A DNA stretch of 64,000 bases, from positions 1-64,000 of the forward strand of contig JBJHCF010000021.1 in NCBI GenBank assembly GCA_050506795.1, given 5' to 3'. Position 1 is the stretch's first letter; every line of letters begins with the position of its first letter. The notes beneath the pieces were generated by a model. That model had not been told where the DNA came from and ran no database searches. It was given only the letters and a program-made list of their open reading frames with translations. This document shows, one piece after another, positions 17,606 through 26,333 of the stretch. Source of the DNA: Opitutia bacterium. Lineage in GTDB: Bacteria > Verrucomicrobiota > Verrucomicrobiia > Opitutales > T3Sed10-336. A program made the translations under genes and the position numbers.

Positions 17606-20600
17606 ATGGCCACTTCCGAAGATTCCCCCGCCGACTCGCCCACACGCCCGCACGCCGACTCGCCGACTCGCCGGCTCGCCCCACCTCCCTCGCCCCTCGC
17701 CAGTCTCATCCGCTTCTTCCTCGAGCGGAAACTCGTGGTCGGCCTGATGACCCTGCTGCTGGTCGGTTGGGGGGTGGCGGTGGCGCCGTTTGATTGGGAG
17801 ATCGATTGGATGCCGCGCGATCCGGTTCCGGTCGATGCCATCCCGAACCTGGGCGAGAATCAGCAGATTGTCTTTACCGAGTGGGAGGGGCGTTCGCCGC
17901 AGGATATCGAGGACCAGGTGACGTATCCGCTTACCGTCAACCTCATGGGCGTGCCGGGGGTGAAGGAGGTGCGCAGCCAGTCGATGCTGGGGTTTTCGAT
18001 GGTCTTTATCATTTTCGACGAGGACATCGAGTTCTACTGGTCCCGGGCGCGCATTATCGAAAAGCTCGACAGCCTGCCCGCCGGAACGTTGCCTGCGGGC
18101 GTCTCGCCGGCGCTGGGGCCGGACGCGACCGCGCTCGGCCAGATCTTCTGGTACACCCTGGAGGGCCGCGATCCCGACGGCAACCCGGCCGGCGGTTGGG
18201 ATTTGCAGGAGTTACGCCGGGTGCAGGACTGGTACGTGCGCTATGGCCTGCTCGCGGCCGAGGGAATCAGCGAAGTGGCGTCGATCGGAGGGTTTGTGCC
18301 CGAGTACCACGTGGAGGTCGATCCCGACGCGATGCGGGCGTACGAGGTCGGCCTGGGCCAGGTGCTCGATGCGGTGCGCAAGAGCAACCTCGACGTCGGC
18401 GCGGGGGTGACCGAGATCAACCGGGTCGAGTACATCATCCGCGGGGTGGGGTTCATCCGGAACCTGGAGGACATCGAACTCGCCACCGTGGCCGTGCGCG
18501 AGGGCGACGTGCCCATTCTGGTGCGCGATGTGGCGACGGTGAGCCGGGGGCCGGGGCCGCGTCGCGGCGCCCTGACGGTCAGCGGTGCCGAGGCGGTCGG
18601 CGGGGTAACGGTGGTCCGGGAAAACTTCAATCCGCTGCAAGCGATCCACAACGTCAAACGGCAGATCGCGGAAATCAGTCCGGGCCTGCCCGCCCGAGTC
18701 GTCATCGATTGGAGCCGGACGGACCGGCTTAACGTGGAGGGTTTCGCCGAAGGCGAGGGGTTCGAGGCGTTTGCCGCCGCGGATCCCGATCACGACGCCT
18801 GGGTGGCGTGGCTGCGCGCGAACCCGCGCGAGGATTGGCCGGAGTGGGTGACACTCAGCCAGCTCGAAATTGTTCCCTTCTACGATCGGACCGACCTGAT
18901 CTACCGGACCCTGGGCACCCTGAACGATGCCCTGGTGCAGCAGATCCTCGTCACCATCGTGGTGGTCGTACTCCTGGTACTGCACCTGCGCAGCGCCATG
19001 GTGATCAGTCTCATGCTGCCGCTGGCGGTGCTGATGAGTTTCATCATGATGAAACTCATCGGGGTGGACGCCAACGTGGTTTCCCTGGCGGGCATCGCCA
19101 TCGCGATCGGCACCATCGTGGACATGGGCGTCATTATCACCGAAAACGTGCTCAAACACCTGAAGGAATCCCCGCCCGATCGACGCCGGATCGAGGCGGT
19201 GTTTGAGGGAACGCGGGAAGTGAGTTCCGCCGTGCTGACAGCCATCTGCACGACCATCATCAGCTTTCTGCCGGTCTTCACCATGACCGGGCCCGAGGGG
19301 AAGATGTTCATCCCTCTCGCCTACACCAAGACCTTTGTCCTCATCGGGGCGATTTTCGCCGCGCTGACCATCGTGCCGGCGGCGGTGCACGTGTTTGTCG
19401 CCGGGAATATCGAGCCGGGTCGGATGCGGCGGTCGCTTATGTTCGGCCTGAGCGTGGCGGCGGTGGTGCTGATCGGGCTCGGCCTGGCGTGGGGATGGGG
19501 GTGGGTGGCTCTCGCCGGGCTGGTTCTGCTGGGCGTGGCGGTGTATCATCTGCTTGAGGACGAACTGCCGGGCTGGATCGGACGCGTTTCTCCTCGGTGG
19601 GGGGATACGGCGGCCGGGTTCGGGAGGGGATTGCGCCATGCGACCCCGTGGGCGGCCAGCGTGGCCGCCGCCGTATTGGTCGGTTGGATACTGGCCCGCG
19701 TCTGGGAGCCGCTGGGACCGGAGTTGGGCATCATCAATAACTTTATCTTTGTCGCCCTCCTGATCGGCGGAATCCTGGGCTTGTTCAGCCTGCTCATGTG
19801 GTTTTACGTGCCGATCCTGCGCTGGTGTCTGGAGCATAAGGTTGCTTTCCTGAGTCTGCCCGCCCTCCTGATGTTGTCCGGCGTGACCATCTGGATTGGC
19901 TTTGACCGGACTTTCGGTTTTCTGCCCGCCGCGGTGGACCACGCGGGGCTTTCTGGGGATTCCCTTCGCGAGAGCGGTCCGTGGACGGCGGCGTCGAACG
20001 AGTTTCCCGGACTGGGCCGCGAGTTCATGCCGGATATGGACGAGGGCTCGTTCCTGTGGATGCCGATCATCTCCTACCACGGTTCGATCGGCGAGGCTCT
20101 TGAGGCCTTGCAGTTTCAGGACATGGCGATCGCGGGCGTGCCCGAGGTGGACGGGGTGTACGGCAAGCTCGGCCGGGTGGAAAGCCCGCTCGATCCGGCG
20201 CCGGTGGGGATGTTCGAGTCGGTTATCAATTACAAGAGCGAATACGTGACCGACGAAGCCGGCCGACGCGTGAACTTTGCCTTCGACCGGCGGCAGGGTT
20301 GGTTTTTGGACGAGGACGGCGAGCTGCTGGAGCGGGATGAGGAATATCCCGAACTGGTGGCCAACCCGGCCGCTTTAGTACCCGACCACAGGGGCCGTCC
20401 CTACCGGCAGTGGCGCGAAGAGATTCAAAATCCCCGGGATATCTGGGATGAAATCGTTGCGGCCGCGCATCGCCCGGGAATCACGCGGGCTTCGCCGCTG
20501 CAACCCATCGAAACGCGTTTGCTCATGCTCCAGACCGGGATGCGCGCCCCCATGGGGGTGAAAGTGCGGGCGCCGGATCTGGAGACCCTGGAGAGGATGG

Positions 20601-21805
20601 CGCTGCGCCTGGAGGAATTGCTGCGCGAGGTGCCGGCGATCGATTCGGCCACAGTGACCGCCGACCGGGTGGTAGGCAAACCCTACCTGGAAATCCATCC
20701 GGACCGCCGGGCGATCAGCCGGTACGGATTGAACATCGAGGACGTACAGCAGGTGATCGCCACCGCGATCGGTGGCGCCATCGTCACCGAAACCGTCGAG
20801 GGCCGGGAGCGATTCCCGGTGCGCGTCCGCTACCCGCGAGAATTGCGTCAGGGAATCGAGGAGATGGAACGGATCCTGGTGCCGGCGCGTGACGGCGCGC
20901 AGATCCCGCTCGGGCAGATCGCCGAGATCCGCTACCAGCGCGGGCCGCAAATGATCCGCAGTGAGGACACCTTTCTGACGGCGTTCGTCACCTTCAGTCC
21001 GCGTGTGGATGGGAGCCCGGCCGAGCCGGCCGACGGTGCGATGGCGGGACACGATCACGGTTCCGGTCCGGCGGCCGGGGGCATGGCCGAGGTGGAAGTG
21101 GTGGAGCAGGCTCGCGATTACCTTGATAGCAAAGTCGCCAGCGGCGAATTGCGGGTACCCGACGGCGTGAGTTGGCGCTTTGCCGGAGATTACGAGCACC
21201 AGGTGCGCGCGGCACAGACCCTGCGGGTGGTGATTCCGGTCGCCATGATCATCATCTTTTTGGTCCTGTATTTCCAGTTCGCTTCGGTGGCGACCACCTT
21301 CATCGTCTTCAGCAGCATCGCCGTGGCCTGGGCGGGCGGATTCGCGTTGCTCTACCTCTACGGGCAACCCTGGTTCGCCAACTTCCACGTGTTCGGGCAC
21401 AACCTGCGGGAACTGTTCGGCATGGGGACAATCAATCTCAGCGTCGCGGTATGGGTCGGATTCCTGGCGCTCTTCGGCATCGCCGTGGACAACGGGGTCG
21501 TCATGGCGACCTACCTGAAACAAAGCTTCACCGAGCGGCGCCCCGGTTCCATCGAAGAAGTTCGGACGGCCGGTGTATTCGCCGGGCAACGACGCGTTCG
21601 GCCCTGTCTGATGACGACGGCGACCACGGTGCTCGCCCTCGTTCCGATTCTCACCGCCACCGGCACCGGCGCCGACATCATGATCCCCATGGCCATTCCC
21701 AGCGTCGGGGGCATGTTCTTCGTTCTGCTCACCCTCTTTTCCGTCCCGGTCCTCTATTGCTGGGTGGAGGAGGTGAAAGTGAGAAGGATGAATGATGAAG
21801 GATGA
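17606..21805 (+). CDS. cusA: CusA/CzcA-family heavy-metal RND permease with several insertions
   Basis: VDAIPNLGENQQIVFTEW.GRSPQDIEDQVTYP, LGPDATALGQIFWY, AIAIGTIVD, GREFMPDMDEGS, ALFGIAVDNG, RVRPCLMT. Confidence 0.95.
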   Translation: MATSEDSPADSPTRPHADSPTRRLAPPPSPLASLIRFFLERKLVVGLMTLLLVGWGVAVAPFDWEIDWMPRDPVPVDAIPNLGENQQIVFTEWEGRSPQDIEDQVTYPLTVNLMGVPGVKEVRSQSMLGFSMVFIIFDEDIEFYWSRARIIEKLDSLPAGTLPAGVSPALGPDATALGQIFWYTLEGRDPDGNPAGGWDLQELRRVQDWYVRYGLLAAEGISEVASIGGFVPEYHVEVDPDAMRAYEVGLGQVLDAVRKSNLDVGAGVTEINRVEYIIRGVGFIRNLEDIELATVAVREGDVPILVRDVATVSRGPGPRRGALTVSGAEAVGGVTVVRENFNPLQAIHNVKRQIAEISPGLPARVVIDWSRTDRLNVEGFAEGEGFEAFAAADPDHDAWVAWLRANPREDWPEWVTLSQLEIVPFYDRTDLIYRTLGTLNDALVQQILVTIVVVVLLVLHLRSAMVISLMLPLAVLMSFIMMKLIGVDANVVSLAGIAIAIGTIVDMGVIITENVLKHLKESPPDRRRIEAVFEGTREVSSAVLTAICTTIISFLPVFTMTGPEGKMFIPLAYTKTFVLIGAIFAALTIVPAAVHVFVAGNIEPGRMRRSLMFGLSVAAVVLIGLGLAWGWGWVALAGLVLLGVAVYHLLEDELPGWIGRVSPRWGDTAAGFGRGLRHATPWAASVAAAVLVGWILARVWEPLGPELGIINNFIFVALLIGGILGLFSLLMWFYVPILRWCLEHKVAFLSLPALLMLSGVTIWIGFDRTFGFLPAAVDHAGLSGDSLRESGPWTAASNEFPGLGREFMPDMDEGSFLWMPIISYHGSIGEALEALQFQDMAIAGVPEVDGVYGKLGRVESPLDPAPVGMFESVINYKSEYVTDEAGRRVNFAFDRRQGWFLDEDGELLERDEEYPELVANPAALVPDHRGRPYRQWREEIQNPRDIWDEIVAAAHRPGITRASPLQPIETRLLMLQTGMRAPMGVKVRAPDLETLERMALRLEELLREVPAIDSATVTADRVVGKPYLEIHPDRRAISRYGLNIEDVQQVIATAIGGAIVTETVEGRERFPVRVRYPRELRQGIEEMERILVPARDGAQIPLGQIAEIRYQRGPQMIRSEDTFLTAFVTFSPRVDGSPAEPADGAMAGHDHGSGPAAGGMAEVEVVEQARDYLDSKVASGELRVPDGVSWRFAGDYEHQVRAAQTLRVVIPVAMIIIFLVLYFQFASVATTFIVFSSIAVAWAGGFALLYLYGQPWFANFHVFGHNLRELFGMGTINLSVAVWVGFLALFGIAVDNGVVMATYLKQSFTERRPGSIEEVRTAGVFAGQRRVRPCLMTTATTVLALVPILTATGTGADIMIPMAIPSVGGMFFVLLTLFSVPVLYCWVEEVKVRRMNDEG
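17631..17699 (+). repeat. Right arm: 6 octamers then 3 heptamers, C-rich, approximately the inverse complement of the left arm; lies within the cusA reading frame
   Basis: CCGACTCG CCCACACG CCCGCACG CCGACTCG CCGACTCG CCGGCTCG | CCCCACC TCCCTCG CCCCTCG. Confidence 0.88.
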
Positions 21806-21922
21806 TACGCAGTTCTCCGCCCGCTCGAGCTCGGCTTCCGATTCCGAGGTGTCGCCTGACTCCTTTTCCTTCTGCCGGAACGATAAAGCTCGCTTTTTCA
21901 GCGGGATCGGTCATCGTTCATT
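21787..21922. repeat. GATGAA[T/G] heptamers at the cusA stop with a short inverted partner about 100 nt downstream
   Basis: GATGAAT GATGAAG GATGATA (21787-21807) versus TCATCGTTCATT (21911-21922). Confidence 0.55.
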
Positions 21923-21970
21923 CCGGTCGAGCTCCTCTCGACCGCCCAAATTCGTAACATCTATCTCTAA

Positions 21971-24535
21971 ATGAAAACCTCCTCTCTCTCTGTTGCGTTT
22001 GTTTGCTCGCTTTTGATGACCGCATCGGCGTTTGCTTCGTACGCGGTCACTGAAGCCGAACTGGAGGAAAGACTCGTCGGCACCCACGGCCCAAGGGTCG
22101 GCGCGGCAATGACGGCCAGCGTCTTCCATGACCGCGAAATCCCGGTCGCTGTGCTCGAAGAGCGCTTGATCAACCAGTTTGGCGAGCAATGGCACACGTT
22201 TTCGCCCGAACGCCGTGACTGGCACATCACCAATCATCGCGAGCTGCTCGCCAACGCCGCCAAAACGGAAGCGCGGCGACCGCCGCGAGGGGAATTCGAT
22301 CCGAATGCGCTGGAAGTGGTGGAAGCCGAAATTAAGGCCGAAGTCAGGAGACAGGAACGGATCGAGTTGATCGAGCGGACCCTTCGGCCCACCTTTCCGT
22401 ATGATCCAGGGTCGCCGGAGCCGGACGGATTGAGGCACGATAACGCCGCTTTTCGCTTGAGGTTGGAGGAACGAATGGCCCAGGAGCAAGCAAGGAGGTG
22501 GGAAGTGGAGCAGGCGCTTGATGAAATCGCCGCAAGGCATGGGATCGGCCGGACGGGCCGGCATCCCGATGGCCGCGGGTGGACTTTGGTTGGCGAAGGC
22601 GAGAATGTCCCGATTCTCATGACCACCCAGAACGCGATCGCCGCTGCGACGACGTTTGCGGCGGACCTTTGGCCCACGGGTCTTTATCCGTGGCAGGATC
22701 CGGCCTTGACGCGAAACCTTACCGGGGCCGGAGTGACCACCGCCATCTGGGAGGCCGATCCGAATCCGGGAATCCTGACGACGCATCAGGAGTTTTTGGA
22801 CGGCGGCGTTTCCCGGGCCACGCAGGTCGATTCAGCTCCTCCGGGAGATCACGCCACGGCGGTTGCCGGAGCGATTGCCGGCGGTGGAAATGTTAACGTG
22901 TTTATTGACGGCAACAACATGGGCCGTTTGCTTCGGGGTGTGGTGTACGAGTCGGAGATTCGGGGGCATAGTCTGCTAAATTTTTCGGCGAATACAGTCG
23001 CTTCTGTACTGGGTGGCCAGCGATTTTCGAACCACTCTTATGGCGAGCTGAGCGGATGGGAGATTGTTTCTTACCAGGGTGCATTGTGGTGGTTTTGGCG
23101 CTTTCCAGAGTTTGACAAGGACCCCAGGTTGGGAATGTATGCGGCTCCGGCGCAAGAGGGCATTTCGTCCGCCGATCTGGACGCTTTTGTTTTTTCCAAC
23201 GAAATCCAACTTCCGGTTTATGCGGCGGGGAATGCGAGGTTCGGCGGTCCGGGCCAGCCTGTAGTCTATCTCACTCTAGACGAAAATGGGGTGCCTGTTA
23301 CCTCGACGGCCGAACGGGCTTGGTTTAACGGCGGGCTTCCGGGGGAAACATGGACCGCCAGCTCGGTTGCCTATAATACCGTTCTCAATCCTTCCACCGC
23401 AAAAAACGTGCTATCGGTGGGGTCGATCCAGGACGCGACCGGCGCCACCATCGTTCTTTCAAGCTTTTCCGGGACCGGGCCGACGGATGACGGGCGCATC
23501 AAGCCGGACCTTGTTGCGGTTGGCGAGCGCAATACCGGCCTTGGATTGGGGAATTCCCTTTTCCTGCCCCGTGCCGGCAGCGATACCGATTATTACGAAG
23601 AAGATGACAATCTGCGCGGGACAAGTTTTTCGGCGCCCCAGGTTACGGGGGCTCTCGCACTGGCCCAGGCGCGCCGCGAGGAACTTTTCCCGAACGCGAG
23701 CCCATGGCTGGCTTCGACATGGCGCGCTCTGGCGATCCATACGGCCGAGGACGTTGCCACGCCGGGGCCCACCTACAAGAAAGGTTGGGGAATTTTTGAC
23801 GCTGTGGCGCTGGTGGAGCGGATCGAAGCCGACGCGGAGTTGGGTCGCGGCGCGCTGATCAAGGAATTCGAAGTCGAGGAAGGGGAGCCGCAGTCGTTTC
23901 TGGTCAATCTTCCGGCCGACACGACCGGAAGATTGACCATTGCGTGGAACGATCCGGCGGGAGATCCCGCGCCAACGCATTCCGTGCTCGACGATGACAC
24001 GCCGATGCTTGTGAACGACATCGATCTCTTGGTAGAGGACATGGTTACCGGCGAGACTTACTATCCTTGGATTCTCGATCCTGATTTTGAGAATCAACTG
24101 CCGCAGAATCGAGGGGCGCCGGCAATCAATACGGTGATCAATGGCGTCGAACCGAGAGATGATCGCAACAATGTCGAGCGGATTGATATCGAAGCGAGCC
24201 CCCAAGCCCGGACGCTTCGTGTCCATGTCTCCCCGTATGGACTGATTCAGGATGGGCCGCAAAAAGTCTCGATGGTTTTGAGCGGAGCGATTCCGGAAGC
24301 TCCCGTTGCGAGGGAGTTTGCTTCTTCGCTTAATCCTCAGGACGAAGATGAAGTGGCCTTCACGTTTACGTCGGACCCCGGCGCTTATTTCACCCTGGAA
24401 ACCCAGCCGTTTCTGGAGTCTGGGGATTGGACCGCGGTGGAAACGGTTCACGCGACAAACGATGTAACTACTGTTCTGATATCGAGAAATCCGAACGAAA
24501 ACCGGCGATTCTGGAGAATTAGGAGAGGGGAGTGA
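21971..24535 (+). CDS. Secreted S8 (subtilase) serine peptidase with C-terminal tail domain
   Basis: AIWEAD, DHATAVAG, SNHSYG, AAGN, TAKNVLSVG, GPTDDGRIKPDLVA, GTSFSAP, LTIAWNDP, NNVE; tail ..NRRFWRI. Confidence 0.92.
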   Translation: MKTSSLSVAFVCSLLMTASAFASYAVTEAELEERLVGTHGPRVGAAMTASVFHDREIPVAVLEERLINQFGEQWHTFSPERRDWHITNHRELLANAAKTEARRPPRGEFDPNALEVVEAEIKAEVRRQERIELIERTLRPTFPYDPGSPEPDGLRHDNAAFRLRLEERMAQEQARRWEVEQALDEIAARHGIGRTGRHPDGRGWTLVGEGENVPILMTTQNAIAAATTFAADLWPTGLYPWQDPALTRNLTGAGVTTAIWEADPNPGILTTHQEFLDGGVSRATQVDSAPPGDHATAVAGAIAGGGNVNVFIDGNNMGRLLRGVVYESEIRGHSLLNFSANTVASVLGGQRFSNHSYGELSGWEIVSYQGALWWFWRFPEFDKDPRLGMYAAPAQEGISSADLDAFVFSNEIQLPVYAAGNARFGGPGQPVVYLTLDENGVPVTSTAERAWFNGGLPGETWTASSVAYNTVLNPSTAKNVLSVGSIQDATGATIVLSSFSGTGPTDDGRIKPDLVAVGERNTGLGLGNSLFLPRAGSDTDYYEEDDNLRGTSFSAPQVTGALALAQARREELFPNASPWLASTWRALAIHTAEDVATPGPTYKKGWGIFDAVALVERIEADAELGRGALIKEFEVEEGEPQSFLVNLPADTTGRLTIAWNDPAGDPAPTHSVLDDDTPMLVNDIDLLVEDMVTGETYYPWILDPDFENQLPQNRGAPAINTVINGVEPRDDRNNVERIDIEASPQARTLRVHVSPYGLIQDGPQKVSMVLSGAIPEAPVAREFASSLNPQDEDEVAFTFTSDPGAYFTLETQPFLESGDWTAVETVHATNDVTTVLISRNPNENRRFWRIRRGE

Positions 24536-25242
24536 AGGCGCGAAGACATTTGTTGTTATGCTGCCTGATCGTTTTGGGTCTGGCACCCGTTGGCTTTATA
24601 CACGCTTCTATCGTAGTTACCTATCGTGGCGATGAACCCAATGTGTTTGATTTGCGAACCATCGGACCAAGGCCGTTTGATATTAGCGGAAACGGAACAC
24701 CGGATTTCGTATTTTTATCGGGCAGCTTTTTCGCGTCGCTCCTTTCCGAGGGCGATAACCGTTTTGTCGGCCGGTTGGGCCAGACGTTCGAGGTGGATAA
24801 TATAACCTGGACAACGGACTCCCAGGTAATTCCGCTGCCCAAAGGCACCGAGATTGGTTCGGAGGCGAGCTTTCCGCTGGACGGCGAGTGGCACCATCAT
24901 ACGGATAGCGGGGGTTCCGATTCGACCGGCTTTCTGTTAGGCTACGCTTCGAGTGGCCTGATGCAGCTTTCGAACGCGTACATCGGAGTCGAATTTATGA
25001 TCGATGAGAATGTTCATTACGGGTGGATTCATTACGAGGGTTTTAGCGTTTCTGAATATTTCCGTATCGATTCGCCCGGCGGCTGGGTGAATTCCTGGGC
25101 CTACAATTCCGTTCCCGGCGAGCCAATCTACGCCGGCCAGATACCCGAGCCGCGGACGTACGCCTTGTTGGCGGGGTTGCTGGTCCTCGGAATCGCGGCA
25201 GGGGTTCGCGGACGGAGGCGAGTGTTGGGCCGCGTCAAATGA
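24532..25242 (+). CDS. PEP-CTERM sorting-domain protein 1
   Basis: Signal peptide; HYGWI..WAYNSVPGEPIYAGQIPEPRTYALL + TM + RGRRR; GTGA overlap with the protease. Confidence 0.9.
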   Translation: MKARRHLLLCCLIVLGLAPVGFIHASIVVTYRGDEPNVFDLRTIGPRPFDISGNGTPDFVFLSGSFFASLLSEGDNRFVGRLGQTFEVDNITWTTDSQVIPLPKGTEIGSEASFPLDGEWHHHTDSGGSDSTGFLLGYASSGLMQLSNAYIGVEFMIDENVHYGWIHYEGFSVSEYFRIDSPGGWVNSWAYNSVPGEPIYAGQIPEPRTYALLAGLLVLGIAAGVRGRRRVLGRVK

Positions 25243-25466
25243 GCGTTCAAAGAAGGAGTCTGCATGAGGTCGGGCGTGTGGAGTTCACCCTGGAATGGCC
25301 GAGTGTGTTGGGGCGTGACTATCGCCTCCAGCGTACCGAAGATCTGCTGACGTGGACGGATATTCCCGGTGATATCCATGCGATCAGGGTGGTTTCATCG
25401 GCGGAAGTGACATCGTCGCCTTCGGGGAACCGGGAATTCTTCCGCATTGTGGAAGTGACTCCATGA
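25239..25466 (+). CDS. Stand-alone (orphan) C-terminal tail domain, homologous to the S8 protease C-terminus; possible gene remnant
   Basis: FTLEWPSVLGRDYRLQRTEDLLTW..IHA..SGNREFFRIV aligns by eye with VAFTFTSDPGAYFTLE..W..VHA..NENRRFWRI; ATGA overlaps at both ends. Confidence 0.65.
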   Translation: MSVQRRSLHEVGRVEFTLEWPSVLGRDYRLQRTEDLLTWTDIPGDIHAIRVVSSAEVTSSPSGNREFFRIVEVTP

Positions 25467-26215
25467 GTTTTGGTAAACCGATCGGAGGGGTGAAGGGCGT
25501 CTTGCCAGATCTTAATCGATTTGCTGTCGGGCTTATAGTTTTCGGAGCCTCACTGCTTCCACTGGACGGGGCGATCGTGTATTTCGAGCCTTCTGAGCCG
25601 GTTCCGGTGTTTGGTAGCTGGCCGCCTCTTACAAGAGAGATCGACATTAACAATAACGGGATCGTCGACTTTATTTTCGAGTCCAGCAATAGTCAGAGTG
25701 GTTTCAATGTACAGCCGCAGAACGGAAATCGGGCGTTGGCGGCTGTGCCCAATACCTCTGGTGCCTTTCCTTTGAACGGCGGCTCATTTATTGGGGGGAT
25801 TCCTGACGATAATGTTTATTGGAGAGAAGATCAGTCGATTCTGGTTTCCTGCTTGCGTATAACGCCACCTTTTGACATAGGTTGTGGCGGACTTTGGGCG
25901 GAACAGATTAATCCAATCGGGGGTCATTACGAAGGTGTTATCGCCTTCCTGGGAGTTGAGTTTTGGGAGGATGATCAGGTCTATTACGGTTGGCTCGAAG
26001 TGGACACGGAAACGCTAGGCCCGATTGTCAACGGCGGCTACATCAATCGTTGGGCCTACAATTCCGTTCCCGGAGAGCCGATCTACGCCGGCCAGATCCC
26101 AGAACCGAGGACGTATGCGCTGATTTTAGGAGCTTTGGTGGCGGGATTGGTTGCGATGAAGCGAAGGCTGCCTTTGGGGCGGTCGGTTTCACAACGGAGA
26201 TCCGGAAGGAATTAA
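25463..26215 (+). CDS. PEP-CTERM sorting-domain protein 2 (paralog of protein 1)
   Basis: IDINNNGIVDF, YYGWL, identical WAYNSVPGEPIYAGQIPEPRTYAL, TM + KRR. Confidence 0.9.
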   Translation: MSFGKPIGGVKGVLPDLNRFAVGLIVFGASLLPLDGAIVYFEPSEPVPVFGSWPPLTREIDINNNGIVDFIFESSNSQSGFNVQPQNGNRALAAVPNTSGAFPLNGGSFIGGIPDDNVYWREDQSILVSCLRITPPFDIGCGGLWAEQINPIGGHYEGVIAFLGVEFWEDDQVYYGWLEVDTETLGPIVNGGYINRWAYNSVPGEPIYAGQIPEPRTYALILGALVAGLVAMKRRLPLGRSVSQRRSGRN

Positions 26216-26333
26216 GTCCGGGTGTTAACAAGTAGCGCCGCTCTTTAGACGGCGCTGAACCCGCTGGCAAAGCGAAGGGATAAAGGGTCTTTGAACTGGA
26301 AACGGCGTCGCCCGGCTGGTACCGTTTACCATT

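Noticed and set aside
14782..20080. Long antisense ORFs (712 aa and 622 aa) and similar shadows elsewhere
   Set aside because: They lie opposite well-supported cusB/cusA; this is expected from GC-rich codon bias and they have no recognisable motifs.
25096..26118. DGR TR/VR pair in the PEP-CTERM repeat
   Set aside because: Differences are synonymous, not confined to adenines of one copy, and both copies are coding.
26232..26256. GTAG-footed REP (GTAGCGCCG..CGGCGCT)
   Set aside because: Single copy in the window; cannot be told apart from an ordinary hairpin after an operon.
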